DNA of 64,000 bases from Rhizaria sp. SCN 62-66 (Eukaryota): assembly GCA_001724265.1 (NCBI GenBank), contig MEDY01000014.1, positions 1 through 64,000 on the forward strand, given 5' to 3'. The position numbers and the translations under genes were made by a program. Positions 11,913 to 22,300 of the stretch are shown piece after piece; positions within the stretch are counted from its first letter, which is position 1; the number at the start of each line of letters is the position of its first letter. Under the pieces are notes generated by a model. It made no database searches and had not been told where the DNA came from. It worked only from the letters and a program-made list of their open reading frames with translations.

Positions 11913-12601
11913 ATGGTCGGATGTCAGGCAGCTGCCTCCAGCTGTCTCTGGCTTCTTCTCATTGTGGCTTCCCTTTGCGGGCTCACACTCGCGGAGGTAT
12001 GTTCCCCACTCCGCATTTGTTTAGTACCCGTGTTTTTTCTCTACCCTGTACAATGCCACCCCGAAATTCTTCTGTGTAGCCCCCTCACATTACCTCCCCG
12101 CTCACCCACCCTGCCTCCTTCTGACTTGCTGTCCCCAACTTGCTTTTGTCCCCTTCCCCACAGGATGCGCCCCCGGCGGGCCAGGCGTACTATGCACCGA
12201 CGGACAACACGATCGACACCCCGACGTACGTGTGGCGCAACTTCCCTTCCGGCGCGAGCTCGATGACGCACCGTCCGTGGGTGCAGCCCCGTGTACCGAC
12301 CGGCCCTATCGTGATCCCCGCCACGAGCTCAATCGGCGCACAATACGCCGGCGTGCTCCTGCCGCAGCCCATCCTGCCCTTTGCCGCCAACTACGTCTCG
12401 CTGCCGCTGCGCGACGGCCGCGGTGGCAATCCCAGCGGGTTCGCAGACTACACGAACCATCTCACCCCGCCTATCTTCATGGAGATGGGCGTCAAGATCT
12501 TGCTCCCCGTCGCCGCCACCGCCGCCGCTGACGCTCCCGCCGTTGCTGCTGTTGCCCCCGCCGCGGACGCGGTGGAGCCCGTTGTGCCGCCCACGTTCTA
12601 A
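11913..12601 (+). CDS. Small secreted Pro-rich protein of unknown function; 2 exons (11913-11996, 12164-12601), ~173 aa
   Basis: Exon 1 encodes a signal-peptide-like segment MVGCQAAASSCLWLLLIVASLCGLTLAE; the GTATGT...CACAG intron joins it in frame to DAPPAGQAYY...; TAA stop. Confidence 0.75.
11997..12163 (+). other. Spliceosomal intron, 167 nt, phase 0
   Basis: GAG|GTATGT donor, pyrimidine-rich body, CACAG|GAT acceptor, frame preserved. Confidence 0.8.
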
Positions 12602-13020
12602 GCGCTGAGTATTGCTCAAAGCGACGACTCGGAGTGCTCGTAGACCTGAAGGCAGTGAGGCGCGTGTGAGTGTGAGCGACGATTGAGCGAGAGCGCGTGC
12701 GTCAGTGCGAATGCACAGGCGCATTGCGATGCTCGTGTCGTGGAAAGGACGTCTATTGGCAGCGCAGCGCAGTAAGGTGCAGCGTAACACAGTGAAGGTG
12801 TGGCGCGGCGTGGCGACTGAGACGTGATGTGCGTTCGGTAGCGACGCATCTAAGTTAGATTAGACATACATTAGCAGTTTATTTTCACATCAGAGCGAGT
12901 ATTGTCAAACTTAATTGCGTTTATTCGAAATCATATCTTGTTATGGGCATGTATTGATGAAGTTCTAGATAAACTGTGACATGTGTCATTCGTTGGTTAG
13001 TGATTATTATATTCCCATCG

Positions 13021-14553
13021 TTACCAAGACCAGTCATCCTTGCCCTTCGCAGGTGCAGCTGCACTGCTAGCTGCACTGCTAGCTGCAGGTGCAGCAACAG
13101 TAGACGCGGCAGCAGCTGGCCGAAACGCCACAGGCGGGAACGCGGGCATGACCGGTGCCGGCGGCGCAGTGACCGTGGGCATCGCTAGTGCTGGCGCAGC
13201 AGCGACCGCGGGCATGGCAAACGTTGGTAGCGCCGGCGCAGTGACCGCGCTCGCATTGAGATTGCTGCCGGTGATCAGAGGCGTGCGCAAAGGGGGTGCG
13301 GGCGAGAGCACCGGGGCCGCCATCGCGCCCGACAGTGACGGCGACACGGCACTGACTGTCTGCGAGACTGTCAGGGGGGCGACGGACACGGCGGGAGCGG
13401 GAGCGGACAGCGACGGAGCTGGCGCTGGCTGCGCGACTGTCAAGGGCAGCGAACGCGCTGGCGCTGGCGCAGGCACAGGGGCGGGGGCCGCGACGGCGGG
13501 GACGGCAACGGGAGCGGCGATGGGGATAGGGAGGGTGAACGAAGGCGCCGGGACCGACAGGACTGGAGCTGAGATGGGCGCTGACACGGGAGCAATTGGA
13601 AACGAAAAGGACGGCGCGGCGACGGCGAATGTGGGCATTGTGAAGGCCGGTAGCGGCGGCGCGGCGACGGAAAAGCCCGGCATCGTTGCCGCGGGAAGCG
13701 CAGTCACGTCAGACGCAGTGACGACAGGCTTCACCACTGACGCTGCAGACGCCGCCGCAGACGATGGTGCGGGGGCAGGCGCAGGCGCAGGCACAGAAGG
13801 CGCAAGCAAAGCAGCCGGAACAGAAGCAGCGGGGACGATAACAGTCGGTGCAACAGGAACCGGAGCAAGAACAGGAGCAGCAGCAGCAGGAGCAGGAGCC
13901 GTAGGCGAAACGACAGAGGCAGCCGATGGGGCAGCAACAGAGCCGGTTACGGGAGAAGAACTGCTCGCAGCTACAGGACTGATCGGAATAGGCAGGGTGC
14001 CGCTCGCAGCAGCGATCATATTGTTGAGTGTGGTTGTCACAGTTACAACATTGTTACCAACGCTACCAGAACCAACGCTGCCAGTGCCACCGACGGCGAA
14101 GGTAAGCGCGGGCCCTTGCGCCGCTTTCGCCCCGCGGCGGCGCAGCACCCGCAGAGCGGCCTCCGTCTCGGCGTCTGTCTCGGCCGCAAGCGCGCGCGAG
14201 AAGGCCGTCTCCGCGGAAACCTCAGTTGCGCCGTACGCTAACGTGCCTTCAGCGGGGGCCAGCGCGGCAAGAGCGGTGATGCGGTCCAGCGAGCGCGACA
14301 GAGACGCGGCGGCAAAGGCGGCGGCCACCGTGGACGCCGCGCGCTGCGTGCAGGCGTGGTGCCGCGCGACGTCGACCGTTATCGTCGGGGCAGCGTTGGA
14401 GCTCTGGGAAGAACTGACAGCGGTGCTTGCACTGGTCGCGGGGGCGGGTGCGGCGGAGTAGCAGGGCAGGGTAAGGACCTCGCTGTGCGCGGCAAGCAGG
14501 GCCACATCGGAGGCAACCTCGGAGGGCAGCGGGAAAAACGACAGCGCGGACAT
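13021..14553 (-). CDS. Uncharacterised Pro/Ala-rich protein ending in ...KGKDDWSW, ~510 aa
   Basis: Long ORF flanked by AT-rich spacers, ATG at 14551-14553, TAA stop; short helical N-terminal part followed by a P/A/V/S low-complexity tail. Confidence 0.75.
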   Translation of the reverse strand: MSALSFFPLPSEVASDVALLAAHSEVLTLPCYSAAPAPATSASTAVSSSQSSNAAPTITVDVARHHACTQRAASTVAAAFAAASLSRSLDRITALAALAPAEGTLAYGATEVSAETAFSRALAAETDAETEAALRVLRRRGAKAAQGPALTFAVGGTGSVGSGSVGNNVVTVTTTLNNMIAAASGTLPIPISPVAASSSSPVTGSVAAPSAASVVSPTAPAPAAAAPVLAPVPVAPTVIVPAASVPAALLAPSVPAPAPAPAPSSAAASAASVVKPVVTASDVTALPAATMPGFSVAAPPLPAFTMPTFAVAAPSFSFPIAPVSAPISAPVLSVPAPSFTLPIPIAAPVAVPAVAAPAPVPAPAPARSLPLTVAQPAPAPSLSAPAPAVSVAPLTVSQTVSAVSPSLSGAMAAPVLSPAPPLRTPLITGSNLNASAVTAPALPTFAMPAVAAAPALAMPTVTAPPAPVMPAFPPVAFRPAAAASTVAAPAASSAASSAAAPAKGKDDWSW

Positions 14554-15080
14554 CAATGGGCACGCTGCTGTGGGAAGGGATTAGTGCTGTGATCGAGGTC
14601 AAGTGCCATGTCAGCAAAAAAAGAGGTCATGTGAGCATTGTTCGAGAAGTGTTATGAGAATGTAATTTGAAAAGAGAGTTGAAGAACACAAAAAAGTATA
14701 GGGAGAGCGGCGGATATCTCTCTTTGACGATCCTAGGTTGTGGATCCGCTTGACTTAAGTCAACGTCCACAGCGATCCTGTTTGGGGTCGCGCGGCAGCA
14801 GTGGTCTCCCCTTGGCAACTTTCTTATCAACACTCCCTTGACATACCCTGAACGTTAATTGTTCCATATCTTTCATCACGGATTAATTGTGATGCGATTT
14901 ACATTATATTTAACTTTCGCATTTATTGGATCAATTTATAGTCCTTTCATTCCGTCGATACATCCATCCTTGTCCTCCTCTAGGTTTCTCTTACTTTCGA
15001 TTGCTTACCCGTCTTCCTTGCCGCCATTCTTCAAACTATTTTCCTGTGCCCGCCCCCTATATTACAGACCACAGACTCCT

Positions 15081-16529
15081 ATGTCCACCGCGTCCACGAG
15101 CCGCCGCGGCGCGAAGGAGATGGAGACGTTCGAGTACGACCCCACTGCGTCGCAGCTGGTGTCCAAGGTGGCCGCCTACGACGCCGGCCTCACCTCGGCC
15201 GCGCGTGCTTACGCCGCCGAGCTGCGCCCGCAAGACGAGCACGCGCTTGTTAGCGAGCCCTTTGACCCTAAGCTCGCCTTCGAGCACTTTGCCGGCGCTG
15301 TCTTCGTCCCTTCGCGTCCTTGCACTGGCTCCGCTGTCGCTTCCGCCGCCTCCGCCTCGGCCGCCGCTGCCGCCGCCGCCTCCGTCCAGGCTCGTTTCGC
15401 ACGCCCCGAGACGCCCGAGGAGCGCCTTCAGCGCTTCCGTCGCGAGGTTGCCGCCTTTAAGTCCGAACTGGAGGTTCTCACCCGCCGCCACAAGGCCGCC
15501 GCCGCCGTCGCCAACGCCGGCTCTACCCCAAACAACAACGCCAACGCCCCGCTGGCGGCCGCGCTGCTGGTGCAGACCGACCTCGACTTGCTGGCTGAGG
15601 AGCTGGGCGCGGCGTCGCTGACTCAGGACGCCGCTGCAGTCTCCAAGCCCCCCGGCGCGGCCGCCGGCGCCGCCGCGTCTCTGGCCGCCGGCCTTAAAAC
15701 CATCAAGCCCTCCGCCTCTGCCCCCGCTGCTGCTGGCGCGAGCGCGAGCTCGACCGTCGCGGCAGCTGCGGGGACTAGTAGTGCGACAATGACCGTAAGT
15801 ACTGGGATGACCGTGAGCGAGGCTGCGGCGGCCGAGCGCCGTCTGGCCAAGCTGGAGCAGGTGGTCGGTATGTCACGCGCGAGCGATCTCGCCAGCGCGG
15901 ACCTCTGCTCGGGGCTCGCCGCGCTAGGCCGCCAGGTCGAGCTACTTGACATGGGCCGCATCGAACGCATCGTGCGCCGCACGCGGTCTCTGGCCGCTGA
16001 GCTGGATTTACTCACCGCAAAGCAGCAGCAGCAGGCCACCGCCGCCGCCGTCGCCGCCACTGCGTCCTCCTCCAGCGCGCCCGCCGCTGTCGCTGGGACT
16101 CCCGCTGCCGCTGCTGCTGCTGGTGGTTTGGCGGCCGCGGGCGCCGGCGCGGCGAGCACCGGCGGCGCCGCGGGCTCTGCGGCCAACGCCAACGCTAGTG
16201 GTGCGAGCCGCGAGCAGCTCAACGCGATGTACACGCTGCTGCAGCGCTGGGACTCTGTCGCGGCCGCGGTGCCCACGGTTGTTGCGCGCCTGCAGTCGCT
16301 GCGCGGCGTGCATGACGAGGCTGTCGCGGCCGTTGCGCGCGTTGCCGCCGTCTCGCAGCAGCACGACGCTGCGCTCAAGCGCGCGCATGACGCCAAGGCT
16401 GCGGCGACGGCGCTGGCGGGCGCAGTGGAAGACAACGCGCGCGTCATGGCCGGGAATGTTGAGGCGCTGCAGGGACGCATGGAGGCGCTCACGGCGAAGG
16501 TTGACAAGCTCCTCGCGCAGCGCAAGTGA
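15081..16529 (+). CDS. DCTN2: Dynactin subunit 2 (dynamitin/p50), ~482 aa
   Basis: Dynamitin-like blocks ETPEERLQRFRREV, AERRLAKLEQVVG, LGRQVELLD and QLNAMYTLLQRWDSVAAAVPTVVARLQSLRGVH; ATG at the GC transition (15081); TGA stop. Confidence 0.85.
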   Translation: MSTASTSRRGAKEMETFEYDPTASQLVSKVAAYDAGLTSAARAYAAELRPQDEHALVSEPFDPKLAFEHFAGAVFVPSRPCTGSAVASAASASAAAAAAASVQARFARPETPEERLQRFRREVAAFKSELEVLTRRHKAAAAVANAGSTPNNNANAPLAAALLVQTDLDLLAEELGAASLTQDAAAVSKPPGAAAGAAASLAAGLKTIKPSASAPAAAGASASSTVAAAAGTSSATMTVSTGMTVSEAAAAERRLAKLEQVVGMSRASDLASADLCSGLAALGRQVELLDMGRIERIVRRTRSLAAELDLLTAKQQQQATAAAVAATASSSSAPAAVAGTPAAAAAAGGLAAAGAGAASTGGAAGSAANANASGASREQLNAMYTLLQRWDSVAAAVPTVVARLQSLRGVHDEAVAAVARVAAVSQQHDAALKRAHDAKAAATALAGAVEDNARVMAGNVEALQGRMEALTAKVDKLLAQRK

Positions 16530-17146
16530 GCGCGCAGGAGTGAGATAGGCTCATGAGGACATGAAGACTTAATATCACCACTCTGTGCATGAGAGCTGCC
16601 TGTTAGTAGCTGGGGCTAAAGATAAGCCCAGGATTACGTAGTTAGATTTTGAAAATGTGTTTTGTATCTGTGTATGTGTATTACCAGGTTCTGTTTGTGC
16701 TTTTTGACTTTTCGATCGTTTTTGTTTAAGTTTACATTGGTTGATGCAAATGTGAGACAAGTGTAACGATGCCGAGTGGCAGCGTTTTAGCGTCTCTGAT
16801 ATGCGTTGACGACACTATTTGCGAGTTACCACTTGTATTTTAGAGTAAATAAATACCACTTTCAATAATTCCTCTCTGGTCCGCTATCTTGACCGAATTC
16901 TCGTCGCTTTTCAGTTTCCACCACACACACATTTTGTTTTGACCGTTCGAGGAGTTGACCCGAACCCATCACAAAGAAGTGGCTGGATTGCGCATATACG
17001 ATCGTCAACAACGTACATGAGGTGAAATTTACGGATCACCTATACTATATTCTCAAAATATTTCACTGATACTCACAGTACCCCCGCGATACTATCACCT
17101 CTTGTTATTTCCACATTCCTGCGCTTCTTCGGTCGCATTCAGCGAT

Positions 17147-18076
17147 ATGTCTTCCGACGACGAGCCCGAGGAGCGCGAGATCATGCCCGGCGTGTACGTC
17201 ACACACTACGGCAAGAACAAGAAGTCCGCCGCTGCCACTGGCACTGCCGACCGCGACGAGTCGAAGGCGTCCGCGGCCGCTGCGATGGCCGCTGCCGCCG
17301 CGGGCGACGATGACGCCGACTTCTCCCAGTTCTCCACCGAGTTCCTGCTTGCTGAGACGCAGCGCCTCAGCGCGCAGATGGATGCCGTGCGCGCGCGCAC
17401 CGCCGAGGACACCGCCGAGCTTGCCCGGCTCCGCGCGCGCATGGCGGCCGAGCTCTCGGGTCACTCCGGCGCCGGCGCTGGGCACGCTGCGACTGGCTCC
17501 ACGCGCCTCCCGGGTTCCGCCGCGAGCGTCTCCCCCGCGATGCCTGGCTTCTCGCCTACGGAGGCCGTGCACCAGCTTGAGTTCCAGCTCCGCGCGGCCG
17601 AAAATGACCTGCGCCACCTTGAGCAGTCGCAGGTCACGTTGCGTGCTGCGCTCGAGGCTGAGCCTGACGACGAGGTTCTTCAGGAGGGTACGCACATTTC
17701 AGGCCTTATAATGTTGTGTTAGAAACTGATCTTTGGCGAAATAGCATGCTTGTTGTGATTTACTTCAATTCTCTTTGCCAGATCGTGTTATCTCCATCAT
17801 AATCTTTATTGTTTCCGATGTCGTATCGATGTTATTCCTTACATTCTTTTTTTTTCTTTTCTTCGCTACTGTTCTTTCGCATTGTTTGCGCCCACCACAG
17901 CCGTCACCGAGAACGAGCCCGTGCTGGCGAAGAAGCGCGCCGCGCTGATCCCGCTGCGTGAGGACATTGCGCGCCGCATCGCAGCGCTGGGCCCTGCCTA
18001 CAAGCCCGCTTCCGTCCCTGCCCCTGCTCCTGCAGCGAATGATGACGATGACGACGCTGCTGAGCGCGCAGAGTGA
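17147..18076 (+). CDS. Uncharacterised small coiled-coil protein; 2 exons (17147-17687, 17901-18076), ~238 aa
   Basis: Two ORF-track pieces joined by a GTACGC...CACAG intron give ...NDLRHLEQSQ..LRAALEAEPDDEVLQEAVTENEPVLAKKR...; TGA stop. Confidence 0.78.
17688..17900 (+). other. Spliceosomal intron, 213 nt, phase 1
   Basis: G|GTACGC donor, AT-rich body with T-tract, CACAG|CC acceptor; reconstitutes GCC (Ala). Confidence 0.85.
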
Positions 18077-18628
18077 GTGCCGAGAAGGAATCGCTTACAA
18101 TATATGTAGATCGTATTATTTTGGAACGATTGAGAGTGCCTGTGTGAAGCTGCGGGAGTTGTATCGGCTGTGCTGTGTCGCTAGAAGGCCGTGACCAAAG
18201 TGAAGAAGTTGAGTTATATACACCCAAACATATATATATACACTTAAAGATGCCTAAAATCAATTTCATCTCCCAACAATCATGAATAAATTTTGGTCAG
18301 ACCATCATTGGGCTCATTTTGATTGACTTGGCTTGATAAGTTTAGTAGAAGCTTCACCATTGCGAGTGTGCGACCGTTCTAACGGTCAGCACCCAGAAAC
18401 GGGTGGAGTTGAAATTGCGAAGCTACTTTCTCTGGTTTAAATGTCGTCAGTGCAAGTATGACAGAGATATATTATTTAAGTATCCGTTTTCTCTAACATA
18501 TTTAACCTTTCTTTTAATATTTTCGTTTTATGCTTTGATTCAGACTTTTCTAGGAACACCGTTCGTCTCCGTGTACCGTCGGTTATTGTGTCGGCTAGCT
18601 CTCACTACCCCACGCTCTGTGCTGTCCC

Positions 18629-19258
18629 ATGCACTCCACGCGTGCGCCCACGCGCCACCACGGCGACAGTCATGCGCGACCAACGCCTGCCTACGGCCCG
18701 GAAGGCGCTGGTGCTGCTCAGTCCCAGCCCCAGTCCCATTCGATGACCGCGACATCTTCGTCCTCTTCGTCCTCGGCCCCGGCCCCGCGCCCGCGCCCGC
18801 CAACGGCGCAGACCCAGCCCCACGGCTACTCTGCCGCGACGTCGTCCAGCACTGCTGGTGATTGCGGCCACGACCGCGCGCACGACCGCGGCGGATCTCG
18901 CTCTCGTCCTGTCTCCGCTGCACCAGCTCACCAAAGCTCAAGCTCAAGCTCTAGCTCTGGTCCCGCGCCGCCCGCAGACGTGCTGCAGCTGGACAAGGCT
19001 CTCCGCGAGTGGAAAGAGCGCTGCCACGGCGCCGAGCGCGCGGGCGCGCAGCAGCGCGCCCGACTGGCGCGGCTGCAAGAGCAGCTTGCGCGCGCAGAGG
19101 CCTACAACCGACAGTTGCTGCTGGTGAAGATTAAGGCGTACCAAACCCAGGTCGAGCACGAGGACCGCGCGCGCGCCGACCGCGAGCGTGAGCAAGAGCG
19201 CCGGCGCCAGGAACAAGAGCAGGAGCAGAAGTCCAAGAAGCAGCAACAGCAGCAACAA

Positions 19259-19323
<65 letters not shown>

Positions 19324-22300
19324 CGGTGAGCAAGAGCAGGAACAGAGGGATGTTGACGGCAAGCCTGTGCGTCGCACTACCGCCGACGCCTCTGGCCTGC
19401 GCCCTCCGCGCTCAACCACTGCGTCGCCTGCTCTCGAACAGGATACCGCTTCTGCCAGTAACGCCGACGCTAGCGCCGCCACTGACGCTACCAGCAAGGC
19501 CGGTAGTAAAACTGACGCTGCCGCTGACGCTGATAGCACTGCTGCAGCTGCTGACGCGCACGCCAATAAGGACGACAAAGCCAGCTCCCGCTCTAGCGCC
19601 AAACCCGGCTCTAGCTCTGGCTCTGGCGCTGCTGACTCCAGTGAGCCCCCAATGGCCTCCTTGACCGCGCAGCACCTCTCTGCGCTCGCGCGCGTCGTGG
19701 CCGACTCCGGCGCCCTGCACGCGCGCATCCAGGCCCTCGAAACCGCGCTGGCTGACCGAGACGCCGCGCTGGCGGCCGCGGAGCACGACTCACGCTACGG
19801 CCGCCGCCTCGCCGACGCGCGTGCCGCGCTGCAGCAGGCCGAGGCCGCGCGCGCGGAGGCCGACGCCGCGCGGGCTGACGCCGAGGCTGGGTGGGACCGT
19901 GCCGACGCAGCGGTGGCGAGCTATGGCCGCGCGCTGCGGGCGACGGAGCGCGAGCGCGACACCGCTGTTGCGGAGCGCGATGCTGCTCTCAGAGAGCGGG
20001 ATGAAGCGAAGAAGCGCGCGGCGAAGCTTGAGAGGCAGCTTGCGCGGGCCAAGCGCTACGCAGCGAAACGCGCTGCAGGCGGTGCTGATGCTGCTGAAGG
20101 TGAGGCCGAGTCTGACCTTTCCGAGTCTGAGGCTGAGGCCGAGGGTGCTCGTGACACTGATGCTGACACCCTGAGTTCAAGCGCGACATCCAAGCGGGTT
20201 CACACCAAGAACGGTCCGTCCAAGGGTCCCGAATCTAAGGGCCGCGACGAGATGATTCAGGCCTCAAACCCGTACTTCAAGCCCGTCCCGGCCTCGCCTC
20301 GCCACACCGAGACCGAGGGCCACAGCACTACCGCGGCGACTGGCGGCCGCCCCGGATACAGCGCCGCGCTCTCCCGCGACGGCCACGGCCACGGTCATGG
20401 TTCTAGCAAGGATGACATCAACGACCGTCTGCGGTTCAACGCGTTCACGCCGACGCCGCGCCAGCTCATGCTGCTGTCGAGCAACGTCTCCGGCTCGCCC
20501 AGTGTGTCCTCGATGCGCGAGACACGCGTCATCGCCGCCGGCCAGCCTGCCGCGGACCACGTTCACGGCCAGCAGCAGCACCAGCCACAGGGCGGATACA
20601 GCGGTTTCCGTGCGGCGGGGCACGCGCGCGGCCGCAGCCACGGCGCGACCGGCCCCTCGCCCTTCGCCGCCAGCGCCAGCGCCAGCAGCAGTGGCAGTGG
20701 CAACGGCGGCAACGCGAGCAAGAGGCCCGCTTCTGCGCGCCCCGCGTCGGCCGCGTTCCGCAGCCCCTACGCGCCCCCACAGTCCGCACAGTCGCAGGCA
20801 CATGCGCCTTCGCATAAGGCGCAATCGCAGAGCGGCAGGACGGACAGGCCCGCTGAGCAGGACGCCGGTGCAGTCGGGAGCGGCAATGGTGACGACGTTG
20901 GCAGCATGAACAATGTGAACGGTGACGATGATGACGGCGCGGGCTCTTTGCATGCGTCTACCACTGCGCCGGACGAGCACAGCCACACCCGCAGTCGCGG
21001 TTACAGCCACGAGCAGGGTCACGAGCAAGGCGGTTACGAGCAGAGCCAGGAGCGTCAACAGGAGCAAGGCAGACGCCAGCTCCGCGCCCGGCCCCAGACG
21101 AGCCCTTCTCGCCGCGCTTTCGCCCACGGTCACGCCCACAGTCACAGTTCCAGTCAAGATCACGGCCACGGCCCCGCGCATAGCGGCAGTCGCACGCCCG
21201 CGCGGAGCCCCGCGCGGAGCCCCGGCACGAGCCCCGCTCGGAGCCCCGCCGGCAGCCAGCGCAACAGCCCGATCCGCTCCGCGCCCGCGCCCGCGCACAC
21301 TGGAGACGGCCCGCCGCCGCCGCCGCCGCCGCGTCGCGTGCGGCCCACTTCCGCGCGCCCTCGGTCCGCGGCATCGCGCCCCGGCTCAGCCTCCAGCGTG
21401 GGCTCCGCCGCCGCTCACCCCGGCGCTGATGGCAACATGAGCGGCGGCGGCGGCGGTGTGGGGAATCCTTACTACAACAGCAGCGTGTTTGAGCTGCACG
21501 TGGCGCGCAAGCCGCTGCTGGAGCAGATCTCGGACGAGGACGAGGAGTCGCTCGCTGCTGAGAGCGCGCGGCGCGAGAGCGAGCAGGCAGCGCAGCAGTC
21601 GGCCGCGGCGGGCGACGCCGCCGCGCAACAGACGCCGCGGCGCGTGATTATGACGGGCTCGGCGCTGCGCCCTGTTGACGGCAGCAAGGGCAACGGCAAT
21701 GGCAGTAACGGCCCCAATAGCAGCCGCAAGAGTGACGACAAGCAGGCGCAGTCTGTCGACGGTGCTGACGGCTCTCAGCAGCCGCAGTCGCCGCCGCAGT
21801 CGCCGCAGTCAGCACGGCGCGCGCGGGGCCCGGCGTACATGGCGCCCACCCAGTCCTCAGCGCAGGCCGCTGCGGCCGCTCATAACAACGGTGGCGCTAG
21901 CAGTGGCGACAAGGCACGGTCGCGGTCGCGGTCGCCGCAGCGCGCGCGGCCTCATACGGCCCACGTGCGCGCTCCTGCATCGCACGACAGTGGCGACACG
22001 CAACCTCACTCTGGTCAGAGTGGTCAGAATGACCATGAGCGTGAGCCGTCCAACTCGCACTCGCAGTCACCGTCGCCCGCTCGCCGCGCCCGCCCCAGCA
22101 CCAGCACTGGCGTCAGCGGCAGGGGCGGCGAGAGCGCAGCTGCACCGGCCCGCCAGCGCCCACACCCGCCGTCCTCGGCCGAGTCCCAATCTGGCGCTCA
22201 CGCCCACTCTGGAGCCGGCTCCGGCTCCGGTGCGACTGCGGCTGCCGGCGCGCGCGGCGGCGCGGTCCGCGCGGCGATGGCCCGGCGCGCGGCGCGGCAG

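Noticed and set aside
14859-15080. Hydrophobic N-terminal extensions from TTG/GTG starts in the ORF track (also 11429-11458, 17102-17146)
   Set aside because: Eukaryotic context; pyrimidine-rich 5' leader sequence precedes the first plausible ATG at the GC transition.
17688-17722. ORF 17102..17722 apparently ending in TAG (would contradict the UAG hypothesis)
   Set aside because: That TAG lies inside the 17688-17900 intron; the spliced gene ends in TGA at 18076.
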